64,000 nucleotides of DNA from Minisyncoccota bacterium (GTDB taxonomy: Bacteria; Patescibacteriota; Minisyncoccia; UBA6257): assembly GCA_028695015.1 (NCBI GenBank), contig JAQVJR010000001.1, forward strand, positions 180,498-244,497, in the 5' to 3' direction. The number at the start of each line of letters is the position of its first letter. The first letter of the stretch is position 1. The notes under the pieces are model-generated. The model saw only the letters and a program-made list of their open reading frames with translations. It had not been told where the DNA came from and made no database searches. Position numbers and translations under genes: made by a program. Below are positions 18,958 to 28,370 of the stretch, in pieces.

Positions 18958-20217
18958 TTACTTCCACAAGACAAAGTAATAATTCTTCTTACCTTTCTTG
19001 ATTATCAAATATTTATTATAAAAAGAATCTTCTTGCCTAATTATCATTTCACTGTCTTTCCAAACTTTGTCATTAATAAATATTATTCCATTTTTAACAT
19101 CTTCCCTTGCCTGTCTTTTTGAAGAACAAACCTGAGCCTTAACTAAAAGTTCAATTAAATTAATGTTCTTAATTTCTTCAATTACTGTTAAGGGAATATT
19201 TTTAAATATCATTTCCAACTCTTTTTGAGAAAAATTCTTAAAATCATTATAAAATAATTTTTGAGAAATCGTTTCTGCCATTAAAGACATTTCTTTCCCA
19301 TGAACTAAAGCGGTAACCTCTTTAGCTAAAGCTTTTTGTGGCTCTCTTTTTTCTGGATTTTTTTGAAAACTTTTTTCTAGATCATCAATTTCCTCTTTAG
19401 ATAAAAAGGTAAAATATTTTAAAAATTGCACCACATCTCTATCATCAGTATTTACCCAAAATTGATAAAACTGATAGGGAGATGTTTTCTGGCCATCTAA
19501 CCAAATAGTACCTGCTTCTGTTTTTCCAAATTTTTCTCCACTAGCTTTAGAAACCAAGGGTACAGTTAATCCAAAAACCTCTTTTTCTTCTTTTTTCCGT
19601 ATTAAATCTATTCCTGCAGTAATATTGCCCCATTGATCACTACCTCCTATTTGCATCTGACAATTGTATTTTTTAAACAAACATAAAAAATCATAAGCTT
19701 GTAAAACCATATAATTGAATTCTGTAAAAGAAATCCCGCTTTCTAATCGCATCTTTACTGCATCCTTAGCTAACATATAAGAAACAGTAAAATATTTACC
19801 AATATCTCTTAGAAAATCTATGGTTTTTATCTTAGCTAACCAATTATAATTATCATCTATCAAAGCTGGATTATCTTTTTTCTTAAAATCTATTAATCCT
19901 TCTATTTGTTTTTTAAATAAAGAACCCCATTTCTTAACTGTTTTTTCAGGATTTAAAATTCTTTCATCTTTTTTTCCACTTGGATCACCAATTAAACCAG
20001 TGCCACCGCCTATTAAAACAATTATTTGATGTCCTGCTTCTTGAAATCTTTTTAAAGTCAATAAAGGCACTAAATTCCCAACTTGGAGGCTATCTGCTGT
20101 TGGATCAAATCCACAATATAAAACAAGTCGCCCTTTTTTAAGCGCTTTCTTTAATTCTTCTAAATTACTAACTTGATAGACTAATCCCCTATATTGTAAA
20201 TCATCTAAAATATCCAT
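18958..20217 (-). CDS. tyrS: Tyrosine--tRNA ligase
   Basis: YCGFDPTADSL, GGSDQWGNI, KFGKT, C-terminal S4 domain. Confidence 0.98.
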   Translation of the reverse strand: MDILDDLQYRGLVYQVSNLEELKKALKKGRLVLYCGFDPTADSLQVGNLVPLLTLKRFQEAGHQIIVLIGGGTGLIGDPSGKKDERILNPEKTVKKWGSLFKKQIEGLIDFKKKDNPALIDDNYNWLAKIKTIDFLRDIGKYFTVSYMLAKDAVKMRLESGISFTEFNYMVLQAYDFLCLFKKYNCQMQIGGSDQWGNITAGIDLIRKKEEKEVFGLTVPLVSKASGEKFGKTEAGTIWLDGQKTSPYQFYQFWVNTDDRDVVQFLKYFTFLSKEEIDDLEKSFQKNPEKREPQKALAKEVTALVHGKEMSLMAETISQKLFYNDFKNFSQKELEMIFKNIPLTVIEEIKNINLIELLVKAQVCSSKRQAREDVKNGIIFINDKVWKDSEMIIRQEDSFYNKYLIIKKGKKNYYFVLWK

Positions 20218-20264
20218 CTTTTCATTATATTACTACATCAAAATAATAAAAACAAATTAAATAT

Positions 20265-20291
20265 AAAAGGAGGATATTTTTTATCCTCCTT
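20265..20291 (-). terminator. Terminator of the three-gene GNAT operon
   Basis: AAGGAGGATA...TATCCTCCTT. Confidence 0.7.
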
Positions 20292-20298
20292 GTTTTAA

Positions 20299-20511
20299 CT
20301 ACCTCCTGTTCTTATTTTTTCTTCCCCAAAAAACCTTTCTCTTTTTTGAAAAATTATTTCTTGGTAAATATCTAGGAAAGGGGTAGCTTTCTGATAAATC
20401 CCCCCAACATGTTTTGCATAACTGCCCCCATCCTTCTACATGCCTTACCCTATTCTGTTCATTATATTGCGTTCTACCTCCACAAGCAGAACATTTAGTT
20501 TTAACTTCCAT
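20299..20511 (-). CDS. Small putative zinc-finger protein
   Basis: CSAC...CKTC, basic tail, AGGAG Shine-Dalgarno. Confidence 0.7.
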   Translation of the reverse strand: MEVKTKCSACGGRTQYNEQNRVRHVEGWGQLCKTCWGDLSESYPFPRYLPRNNFSKKRKVFWGRKNKNRR

Positions 20512-20549
20512 TTTCTTTCTCCTTTCTTTTTTATTTTTTTCTCCTAATC

Positions 20550-21038
20550 TTAAGAAAGAGGCCAGGTCAAAATAATCATTTTCAATGCCTTATTCCTAAA
20601 AACTTCTGAGGGAACTAGGTTTTCAATAATAAGTTTTGTAGAAACCATTATGTTCCGATTCAAAATCAAAATCTCAGAATTATAATCAATTAAAGAAAAA
20701 ACCCAAAACACTTGATCCCCTTGAAAAACTACTTCAATTTCTTTATTTCTAGGGCACCAACGAACAAATCCTCCCATAATTCTTACTAAGTCTTTCAAAG
20801 GAAGAAAAATATCCCAGTCCTTTCCTTCTACTAGCAGAGGAGTTACTTTTAGTGTTTCATTATAAGAGAGTTCTCCTAAAGGATCTCTAAGCTTTACTAC
20901 ACAATTACTGTCATTAGCACAAAACGTAAAACTTATCTTGTATTTTTCTACCCCTTTGGCCTCTGCTTGTAAAACTATAAATAGCAGCACTGCAAGTAAA
21001 ATTATTAAAAACTTTGATTTCTTCATTCTTATCATCAC
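20550..21038 (-). CDS. Exported protein with copper-amine-oxidase N-terminal (stalk)-like domain
   Basis: Signal peptide; FLPLKDLVRIMGGFVRW resembles the VPLR..AE.LG..V.W motif. Confidence 0.6.
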   Translation of the reverse strand: MMIRMKKSKFLIILLAVLLFIVLQAEAKGVEKYKISFTFCANDSNCVVKLRDPLGELSYNETLKVTPLLVEGKDWDIFLPLKDLVRIMGGFVRWCPRNKEIEVVFQGDQVFWVFSLIDYNSEILILNRNIMVSTKLIIENLVPSEVFRNKALKMIILTWPLS

Positions 21039-21050
21039 CTCCTTTGTTTT

Positions 21051-21380
21051 CTAAAAATTCATTCTAAATTCCTTTCCCCAATGCATAAACCCCAGCCCTT
21101 GATACAATTTATGTACTGCAGGCCTAGAATACCTGCTAGTAGCAATCAATTTATAACATAAGGGCTTGGCCTCTTTTATGACTGCTTTTGTTAAAGATGT
21201 TCCTATCCCTTTACCTCTAAATCCTTCTTCAACAAATACATCTTCTAGTAGCCCAAAAGGCTTGGAATGCAAATCATTAAAGAGAATGTAAAGATAAGCT
21301 CTGCCTACTTCTCTTCCATTAATTTGAGCTGAAAACCTTACTCCATCGCCTTTTACTAATCTTTTCTTAATTAACATCAT
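21051..21380 (-). CDS. GNAT family N-acetyltransferase
   Basis: VFVEEGFRGKGIG acetyl-CoA motif, LYQGLGF. Confidence 0.9.
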   Translation of the reverse strand: MMLIKKRLVKGDGVRFSAQINGREVGRAYLYILFNDLHSKPFGLLEDVFVEEGFRGKGIGTSLTKAVIKEAKPLCYKLIATSRYSRPAVHKLYQGLGFMHWGKEFRMNF

Positions 21381-21404
21381 TGCCCCTCCTTTCTTTTATA
21401 TATT

Positions 21405-21470
21405 TTTTAAAGAACAAAAATACTCACAATTAAGTGTGTATACTATATCACTAAATTAAAATAAAGTCAA
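21405..21470 (-). promoter_or_regulatory. Sigma70 promoter with leader hairpin and boxA-like element
   Basis: TTGACT-17-TATAGT, then TACACAC/GTGAGTA hairpin, then TGTTCTTTAAAA. Confidence 0.55.
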
Positions 21471-21494
21471 TATGGTTTTTTTGATAAAAACACC

Positions 21495-24400
21495 CTAGAA
21501 ATCTATAGGTAGAATATGAAAAAGAGTTATTTTAGGTATTTCTGATAATAAACCAACAGAATCCTTAGCCTTAATACCAAAAAAAACATCAAGAGGAACC
21601 CCAGGCAATCTTCTATTATTAATATAGTATATATCTTCTGTTGATACTTGAAGCTGGAATCTATTTATCTGGGAATTAAATATTGGCTCCCCAATAACAT
21701 TTTGTGATTGAGACCATTGCCAAGTTTGTCTTGTTAAATCATTATTGTCTAAACTATCTCCTTGCTTAGCAAAAACATAATGAATTTCATATTTTAAAAC
21801 ATCTTTTGGATCTTGATCAGAAGCAGGGGTCCAAGAAAAAATCAAGTCATCACATGTTCTATTACTACATTCAATCTCAAAGTTTTTAATATTAGTTGGC
21901 GGATGAAAATACCTTAAGGGATTAAAATAAAACTTAGTATCATCATAAGCTATTAATTTTAGATAAGATGATGGACTATTAGCCTGGCCATAATATCCTA
22001 TTGTTACATATTGGTCTGGGGTAAAATCTAAATCCTGTCCTTTAGTAGTTCCAGTAATTTCAATAACAAAGTAATTATCTTCAGGTAATGAATCAATCTT
22101 ATAAGCTAATTTTCTTGGTACTGAAGAATAAATATCTACACTAGTATCTGTTGTAAAGATAACACTTTTTACCTGCCGCGTATTACTAACATATGTTGGA
22201 TAAGTTAAAATTAAACCTGAGGCTTTATTATCAAGTTCCCAATTGTTTTTATCACCTAAATATTCCCAAGGGATACCAAAACTATCTGAAGGATCATCAG
22301 AATCTGAATGAAGGTAAAATGCCATTGCGGTAAAAGCATTTTTTGTTTGTTCTGTTGGAGGAATAAAAGGAAAAGAATCAGCTCTAAGCTCTATTACTTT
22401 TTTTGAAGAATTTTCTGTAAAAGGATGCCAGGAAAATTCAGTAATATAAGGTATTTTTGGCATAGGGGATTCATCTCTTATTAAAGGCAATAAACAATTA
22501 TCAGATGAAAAATCCTTAGGATTAGGGCAATTTTGAAGCTCAAAATCATTAAAATTATTATTAGAATCTAAAAATTTATTATTAATATATTTCCTTTGAA
22601 TACTTTGACCTGGTTCAGGATGCAAAGCACAGCCCCCTGTACAATCATTTGCTTCACCAAAACCAACTTTATCAACTATCTCTCTATTAGGATCTTTTAA
22701 AACAATTGTATTATTATCTGTAATTGTATAATTAGAAGTCACAACATCTGCAATTTGAGTATAAGAACTTGAAGCATGAGCAATTAAGAAAAAATTATTT
22801 GGAGCAATAACTTGTCCTTCTAGCAAGCTTGCTGGCACTAAAGAAGAAAAGCTCTCAGCTTCTTTTGTCTTTTTTTGAAGATACCAACCACTTAAATCAA
22901 CAAGCTCATCATTTGGATTAAAAAGCTCAATAAACTCATCATAAGCATTTATTTTTCCATCTGAAGATAAGCCAGCGACTTTAATTTCAGTGATTAAAAT
23001 TTTTGGATAAACTGGCAAAGAAGGTTTTGTTGTTGTGGTAGAAGGTTTTGTAGTTGTCGTTGGGGAAGAACCTCCTGGGGAAGAATCATTATCTTTAGGA
23101 GAAACAATATACCCAGTACTATTTTCTTTTTTAGGAGTTCCGTTTATTATAGCGCTGGTTTGCCAAGTTAAATCTGATTTTCTTTCCATTGTTCTTTTTT
23201 CCTGGTTATCGCCAGCTGGCCAATCTGGATTAGCTAAAACTTCATCTTGGAGCTTACAATTATCATCAAATAAACGAAGTCCTTCTTCTGTGTTATTTAA
23301 AACTCCAGTATAAATATAATCAGCTGCAATACCAGGAACAGATTCATCACTAGTTCTTTCTAATAAATAAAAACCAAAGGCAGGAATTTTACTTCCTGGT
23401 TCAAATGCAATCTTGATTTGTTTATCTTTATCTAGTAATTGCCAATTACTTATATCAATCACCTTGGAAGAAATATTTTTTAATTCTATCCATTCTGCAT
23501 TAGCACTTCTTTCTGTTCCCATCCAAGCAACTTCATTAATGATCACCTTATCCTGACTTGGTGATTGAAAAGTAATAAAATCACAAAAAGAAATTTCTTT
23601 TAGTTGTTTGGTGGTAGTCGTGGTAGGTTTTAAAGTTGTGGTGGTTGTTTTTTTAAGAGTGGTTGTTGTCGTTTTAGGCTTAGTAGTCGTAGTCGGAACA
23701 GTAGAAGCTTTAGTTGTTGTTGTATTTTGAGAAGCAGTTGGTAAATTAATAAAATAATCATCATCTGATGTATTGTCCGAAGAGCTATAAGAAGAATCCT
23801 CAAGAATTATAAAATCTGAATCTTTTTGAAAAATACCATTAATAAACTTGGTTATTCCCCCAATGGCTGCTAGTAAAAAATTACTCTCATTTTTAGAAAT
23901 GAATCCAGAGTCTAATTTAGCTTTTGCAACCTCTTTAAAAAATAAATTAATTACCCCTACCCCATTTAAAACAGCCTGTCGGGATAGTCTTTCCCAATAA
24001 TCATTTAAAACTTGCTCATCCTCAAGAGAAAAAACTGTTGGGCCTGAAACTAATCGCCAACCAATATTGTTTTTTAACATTAAAGCCAGGTGAAATAAAT
24101 CATTGTTTTCATCTCTTCCCATTGCATAAAAAACTTGTTTTCCATTCTGGATTTCAGGAAATTCAGAATATATAGGCTGAGGCAATTTATACTTTGAATT
24201 AGAAATTGTATCAGGGCTGTAAAAATAATTATTAGAATAAAAAGCCATTGTGTCAAAGTATTCATTCAGATTTCTCTTTTCTCTTATTGACAAATTTTTT
24301 ACTTGTTCTTCTGTTCTTGTATAAAAACTTTTTACACTCTGGGCCGTATATAATTCATAAGGGCTATTAGCACTATTAATAAAGAAAATATGAACATTAG

Positions 24401-24914
24401 CCCTTGTATGCTCTGGCACACTCAAGTCTTGAATCAAATGCAAAATATGGCCTAATGATTTAAAAGCTATCTCTTTATTACCTTTTACATATTCATAAAT
24501 AGCTCTCTGCCAAGTAAAATTAGTTCTTGAATATACTGGGCTTTTAACTATTGGTCCGATAAGAGCTAGATACAAAGGATCATAAACAGCCTGAGCAAAT
24601 GGATTTTGTCCCCATTCTTTAGCGGTTAATGATGGAAATAAATAATCAATGCCTCCAAATTCCCATGTTTCATTAAAAACCGGGTCATAAAAATGATTAA
24701 TACATCTTATTCCTTGATCTTCTTCAATGCTGCCTGAAATTATCCATTGTTTTTCTAAATTATTTATCAAATACTGAATTGAGTTTTGATTATAAAGATT
24801 TACTGTAATCTCTGATAAAATTGGATGGGTTGTTTTTGCATCATAAGCAGAAACAAAAACAAAAGGTAAAAGAGTTAAAAAAATAATTAAAAAAAACAGT
24901 GGGGCTTTTTTCAT
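21495..24914 (-). CDS. Secreted Zn-dependent phospholipase C/S1-P1-like protein with two lamin-tail domains
   Basis: Signal peptide then YDAKTTHP, NHFYDP and GHILHLIQDLSVPEH; Thr-rich linkers; INEVAW..EWIELKN and ITEI..EFIELFNP lamin-tail motifs. Confidence 0.8.
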   Translation of the reverse strand: MKKAPLFFLIIFLTLLPFVFVSAYDAKTTHPILSEITVNLYNQNSIQYLINNLEKQWIISGSIEEDQGIRCINHFYDPVFNETWEFGGIDYLFPSLTAKEWGQNPFAQAVYDPLYLALIGPIVKSPVYSRTNFTWQRAIYEYVKGNKEIAFKSLGHILHLIQDLSVPEHTRANVHIFFINSANSPYELYTAQSVKSFYTRTEEQVKNLSIREKRNLNEYFDTMAFYSNNYFYSPDTISNSKYKLPQPIYSEFPEIQNGKQVFYAMGRDENNDLFHLALMLKNNIGWRLVSGPTVFSLEDEQVLNDYWERLSRQAVLNGVGVINLFFKEVAKAKLDSGFISKNESNFLLAAIGGITKFINGIFQKDSDFIILEDSSYSSSDNTSDDDYFINLPTASQNTTTTKASTVPTTTTKPKTTTTTLKKTTTTTLKPTTTTTKQLKEISFCDFITFQSPSQDKVIINEVAWMGTERSANAEWIELKNISSKVIDISNWQLLDKDKQIKIAFEPGSKIPAFGFYLLERTSDESVPGIAADYIYTGVLNNTEEGLRLFDDNCKLQDEVLANPDWPAGDNQEKRTMERKSDLTWQTSAIINGTPKKENSTGYIVSPKDNDSSPGGSSPTTTTKPSTTTTKPSLPVYPKILITEIKVAGLSSDGKINAYDEFIELFNPNDELVDLSGWYLQKKTKEAESFSSLVPASLLEGQVIAPNNFFLIAHASSSYTQIADVVTSNYTITDNNTIVLKDPNREIVDKVGFGEANDCTGGCALHPEPGQSIQRKYINNKFLDSNNNFNDFELQNCPNPKDFSSDNCLLPLIRDESPMPKIPYITEFSWHPFTENSSKKVIELRADSFPFIPPTEQTKNAFTAMAFYLHSDSDDPSDSFGIPWEYLGDKNNWELDNKASGLILTYPTYVSNTRQVKSVIFTTDTSVDIYSSVPRKLAYKIDSLPEDNYFVIEITGTTKGQDLDFTPDQYVTIGYYGQANSPSSYLKLIAYDDTKFYFNPLRYFHPPTNIKNFEIECSNRTCDDLIFSWTPASDQDPKDVLKYEIHYVFAKQGDSLDNNDLTRQTWQWSQSQNVIGEPIFNSQINRFQLQVSTEDIYYINNRRLPGVPLDVFFGIKAKDSVGLLSEIPKITLFHILPIDF

Positions 24915-24933
24915 AATTAAAAAAATTAAAGAT

Positions 24934-25476
24934 TTAAAATTCTGTAATTTTCCAAATATTACTTATTCCTTCTTCTTGTTCTGAAAAAATAGGCTGTCTT
25001 AATGCTACTTGAGCAATTAAATAATCATCTTCACTGTATACGCGTATAACATAAGAACCATTAGCTGTTATTTCTCCTCTTTGATTTTCTGGATTTAATA
25101 AATCATTCATCATCTTCTCCCACTGGTTATTATTTTTTATATCTAGAAAAAAATCCTTGTATAATTCTTGCTTATCATAAATGAAATACCTTATTGCTAA
25201 ATCTATATTTTTACTTTCCAAAGCTTCTAAGAACATTTGATATGTTGATTCAGGAGTTGTTGCCCCATATATATCATTCAAATATTTATTTCTTTCTTCC
25301 TGGATTTTTTCATTAAATACCTCTACTTGTTGTTTGTATTGTTTAGCCTTTTGTATTTCTGGATTTAAATACCAAGACTTTATTAAAAGCCCTCCGATAA
25401 CAACAATAAAGATTAAAAAGAATAACAAAAACTTCTTAAAGAATGATTTTTTAACTTGAGAAGTTGTTTTTTCCAT
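24934..25476 (-). CDS. Membrane-anchored hypothetical protein (NTF2/DUF4878-like)
   Basis: TM helix, DIYGATTPESTYQMFLEAL..NIDLAIRYF, C-terminal WKI. Confidence 0.7.
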   Translation of the reverse strand: MEKTTSQVKKSFFKKFLLFFLIFIVVIGGLLIKSWYLNPEIQKAKQYKQQVEVFNEKIQEERNKYLNDIYGATTPESTYQMFLEALESKNIDLAIRYFIYDKQELYKDFFLDIKNNNQWEKMMNDLLNPENQRGEITANGSYVIRVYSEDDYLIAQVALRQPIFSEQEEGISNIWKITEF

Positions 25477-25487
25477 TTTTTAATAAA

Positions 25488-25626
25488 GACCCTTTTTTAG
25501 GGTCCGGAAAAGAAAAAACGGTGGGGTAAACTTTTCCGGACCCTAAAAAAAGATCCTTCACCCACCGTTTTAAATATGTAATATTTTCTTAAATTTAATC
25601 TTAGCGATAAAATTTTTAAAAGTCAA
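25488..25626 (-). promoter_or_regulatory. Promoter and structured 5' leader with interlocked inverted repeats
   Basis: TTGACT-17-TAAGAT (25626-25598); perfect 20-bp IR 25493-25512/25531-25550; 11-bp IR 25515-25525/25561-25571. Confidence 0.75.
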
Positions 25627-25653
25627 GTCCTAAATGTGGATAACTTTTTTTCT

Positions 25654-26187
25654 TTATTTTTCTAAATTTTCCACGTCAGATTTTTCTTTTTCATCTACCA
25701 TTTCTTTTTTCTCTTCTTGTGTTTCTGTTTTCTCTGGGGATAATTTTTCTTTTGTTTCTTCTTTTGTTTCTTCTTTTATTTCTGAATCAGTTTTTTCTTT
25801 TTCAGAAACTTCTGCTTGAGGTTCTGTTTCTGATTTGGCTTCTTCTTTTATATCTTCTGTTAATTGCTCTTGTCCTGTTTGCTCTATCGCTTCAGTTGGT
25901 TCGTCTTTTTTAACTTTCTTTTTACTGATTTTAATTGGCCTCTTCTTGCCCTGAATAACTTTGTTTTGAATTAGAAAATTAAAACAGGTGTCTGAAACTT
26001 GAGCTCCTTGATCAAGCCAATAAAGAATTCGTTCTTTTTTTAATTCTGATTGCTTTGTCTTAGGATTATACCAACCTAAAATCTCTTTTGCTTTTCCACT
26101 GTTTACTGCCACTCTAGAATCAACTGCTATAATGCGAAAAACAAAATCTTTCTTTTTTCCTTGTTTTTGAAATCTTAATATTAACAT
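25654..26187 (-). CDS. rpsP: 30S ribosomal protein S16 with long acidic tail
   Basis: FRIIAVDSR, LGWYNP, WLDQGAQVSDT; start set at MLILR. Confidence 0.95.
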   Translation of the reverse strand: MLILRFQKQGKKKDFVFRIIAVDSRVAVNSGKAKEILGWYNPKTKQSELKKERILYWLDQGAQVSDTCFNFLIQNKVIQGKKRPIKISKKKVKKDEPTEAIEQTGQEQLTEDIKEEAKSETEPQAEVSEKEKTDSEIKEETKEETKEKLSPEKTETQEEKKEMVDEKEKSDVENLEK

Positions 26188-26264
26188 AATTTTTGATATA
26201 ACATTATTACTGAATTTATTACCAAATGTCAAATATATTGATTTGGTATTTTTAAGTTTATTTT

Positions 26265-28352
26265 TTAAACATCTAAGTTTTGAACTTTTTGAGCATAGGC
26301 TTGAATAAATTTCTTACGCGGCAAAACTTCTTTCCCCATTAAAATATCAAACAATCTATCAGCATTTTCAGCATTTTCAATAGTGACTAACTTTAAAACT
26401 CTTTGTGCTGGGTCCATAGTTGTCTCCCATAATTGATCTGGGTTCATTTCTCCCAAGCCTTTATAGCGCTGAATTGATATTCCTTTTAATTCAGCTAATT
26501 CATCTGTCTTTGATTCAGGTATTGGCTCTTCTACAGCTAAAATAGATTCTTCTTTACTTTCAGAAACTATTTTTAATTTTCTTACCTTTGATTTTGAAAC
26601 TTCCTTTTCTTTTGCCTTGCCTTGAATTTTATCTAAAACTTCCTGTTTTTCTGCTTCATTATAAGCATAATGAATTTCCTTACCTTTTTGAATACGATAA
26701 AGAGGCGGTTGAGCAATATAAAGATAACCATGGTCTATAATCGGGCGAAAATATCTAAAGAAAAGCGTTAATAAAAGAGTCCTAATATGAGCACCATCAG
26801 AATCTGCATCAGTCATAATAACAACCTTATGATAGCGAAGCTTGTTCAAATTAAAATCTTCACTTATAGCTGTGCCTAAGGCAACAATTAAAGCCCTTAT
26901 TTCTTCTGAGGACATCATCCTATCAAAACGACTTTTTTCTATATTCAAAATCTTCCCTCTTAAGGGAAGGATTGCTTGGGTATTACGATCTCTTCCAGTT
27001 TTAGCACTCCCTCCAGCACTATCTCCTTCAACAATAAATAATTCTGATTCTTCAGCTCGACGGGAAATGCAATCAGCTAATTTTCCAGGCAAAGTCATTC
27101 CTTCTAAAATTCCTTTTCTTAAAATATTCTCCCGAGCTTTTTTTGCTGCTTCCCGCGCCTTAGCACTTAATAATGATTTTTCAATAATCCTCTTTGCATC
27201 TTCTTTATTAATCTCTAAGAATTCTTTAAAACTTTCACCAACTACCTGCTCTACTGCAGTCCTGACTTCTGGATTACCTAACTTAGCTTTGGTCTGACCT
27301 TCAAATTGAGGCTCTTGTAATTTAACACTAATTACTGCTATTAAGCCTTCACGTGTATCCTCTCCTGTGAAGCTGCCATTACCATTTTTAAAAATCTCTT
27401 GTTCTTTTGCATAGTCATTTAAGCTTCTTGTTAAAGCTGAACGAAAACCAGTTAAATGCATCCCTCCTTCAGGTGTATAAATATTATTAGCAAAAGATGC
27501 TTCAGTACTTTCATTATCATCTATATAAGCTAAGGCTACTTCTACTAAAATATTTTCTTTTTCTTGACTAATATAAAACACATTTCTAGTTAATCTTTTA
27601 TAATCTCTAGCTAAGTATCTTATTAAAGCAATGATTCCACTTTCAAAATGAAAAGTATAAGAAGAAAGCTTGGTTCCTTCACGATAATCCTTAAACCTAA
27701 TTGTTGTCCCTGGGGTTAAATAAGCTTGTTGGCGTAAATGATCTAATATTTTCTTTGTATCAAACTTAATGTCTTTAAAAATTTCTGGATCTGGTTTGAA
27801 AACAATCTTTGTTCCTTCTTGCTTAGATTTACCTGCTTTTTTTAATTTAGTAATTGCTTTTCCTCGACTGTATTCTTGTTGATATAAAATTCCTTCACGA
27901 CAAATCTCTGCTTGTAGGTGCTCTGAAAGGGCATTGACTACTGAAACTCCAACTCCATGTAAACCACCAGCTACTTTATATGACTTGCCTCCAAATTTAC
28001 CTCCAGCATGAAGGGTAGTTAAAACAATTTCCAAAGCTGATTTTTTAGTCTTTTTATGAACATCAACTGGAATCCCTCTTCCATCATCAGTTATGGCGAC
28101 TTCATTTTCTGCTAAGATTTCAATTAAGATATTTTTAGCAAATCCAGCCATTGCCTCATCAATGCTATTATCCACTACTTCCCAAATTAAATGATGAAGG
28201 CCATCAACTCCAGTAGAACCAATATACATTCCTGGTCTTTTTCGAACCGGATCTAATCCTTCTAAAACATAAATATCCTTAGCTGTATATGAATTGTTAT
28301 CATTTAAGGTTTCTTTTTTTTCTGTTGGTTTTTGTTTTATTTTTTTTACCAT
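26265..28352 (-). CDS. gyrB: DNA gyrase subunit B
   Basis: VRKRPGMYIG, EGDSAGG, PLRGK, QRYKGLGEM. Confidence 0.97.
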   Translation of the reverse strand: MVKKIKQKPTEKKETLNDNNSYTAKDIYVLEGLDPVRKRPGMYIGSTGVDGLHHLIWEVVDNSIDEAMAGFAKNILIEILAENEVAITDDGRGIPVDVHKKTKKSALEIVLTTLHAGGKFGGKSYKVAGGLHGVGVSVVNALSEHLQAEICREGILYQQEYSRGKAITKLKKAGKSKQEGTKIVFKPDPEIFKDIKFDTKKILDHLRQQAYLTPGTTIRFKDYREGTKLSSYTFHFESGIIALIRYLARDYKRLTRNVFYISQEKENILVEVALAYIDDNESTEASFANNIYTPEGGMHLTGFRSALTRSLNDYAKEQEIFKNGNGSFTGEDTREGLIAVISVKLQEPQFEGQTKAKLGNPEVRTAVEQVVGESFKEFLEINKEDAKRIIEKSLLSAKAREAAKKARENILRKGILEGMTLPGKLADCISRRAEESELFIVEGDSAGGSAKTGRDRNTQAILPLRGKILNIEKSRFDRMMSSEEIRALIVALGTAISEDFNLNKLRYHKVVIMTDADSDGAHIRTLLLTLFFRYFRPIIDHGYLYIAQPPLYRIQKGKEIHYAYNEAEKQEVLDKIQGKAKEKEVSKSKVRKLKIVSESKEESILAVEEPIPESKTDELAELKGISIQRYKGLGEMNPDQLWETTMDPAQRVLKLVTIENAENADRLFDILMGKEVLPRKKFIQAYAQKVQNLDV

Positions 28353-28370
28353 AGTTATAGTTAAAGTATT

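Noticed and set aside
23020-23730. Thr-rich gttgtt/gtagtc repeats as a DNA repeat element
   Set aside because: They encode low-complexity linkers of the lamin-tail protein and are not identical at DNA level.
25635-25643. Second origin at a perfect DnaA box
   Set aside because: It is a single isolated box with no cluster or unwinding element; at most it is regulatory.
26842-27297. 151-aa antisense ORF within gyrB, and similar ORFs inside prfA, dnaN, nusA, the VirB6-like and lamin-tail genes
   Set aside because: These are antisense shadows of conserved coding frames with no recognisable motifs.
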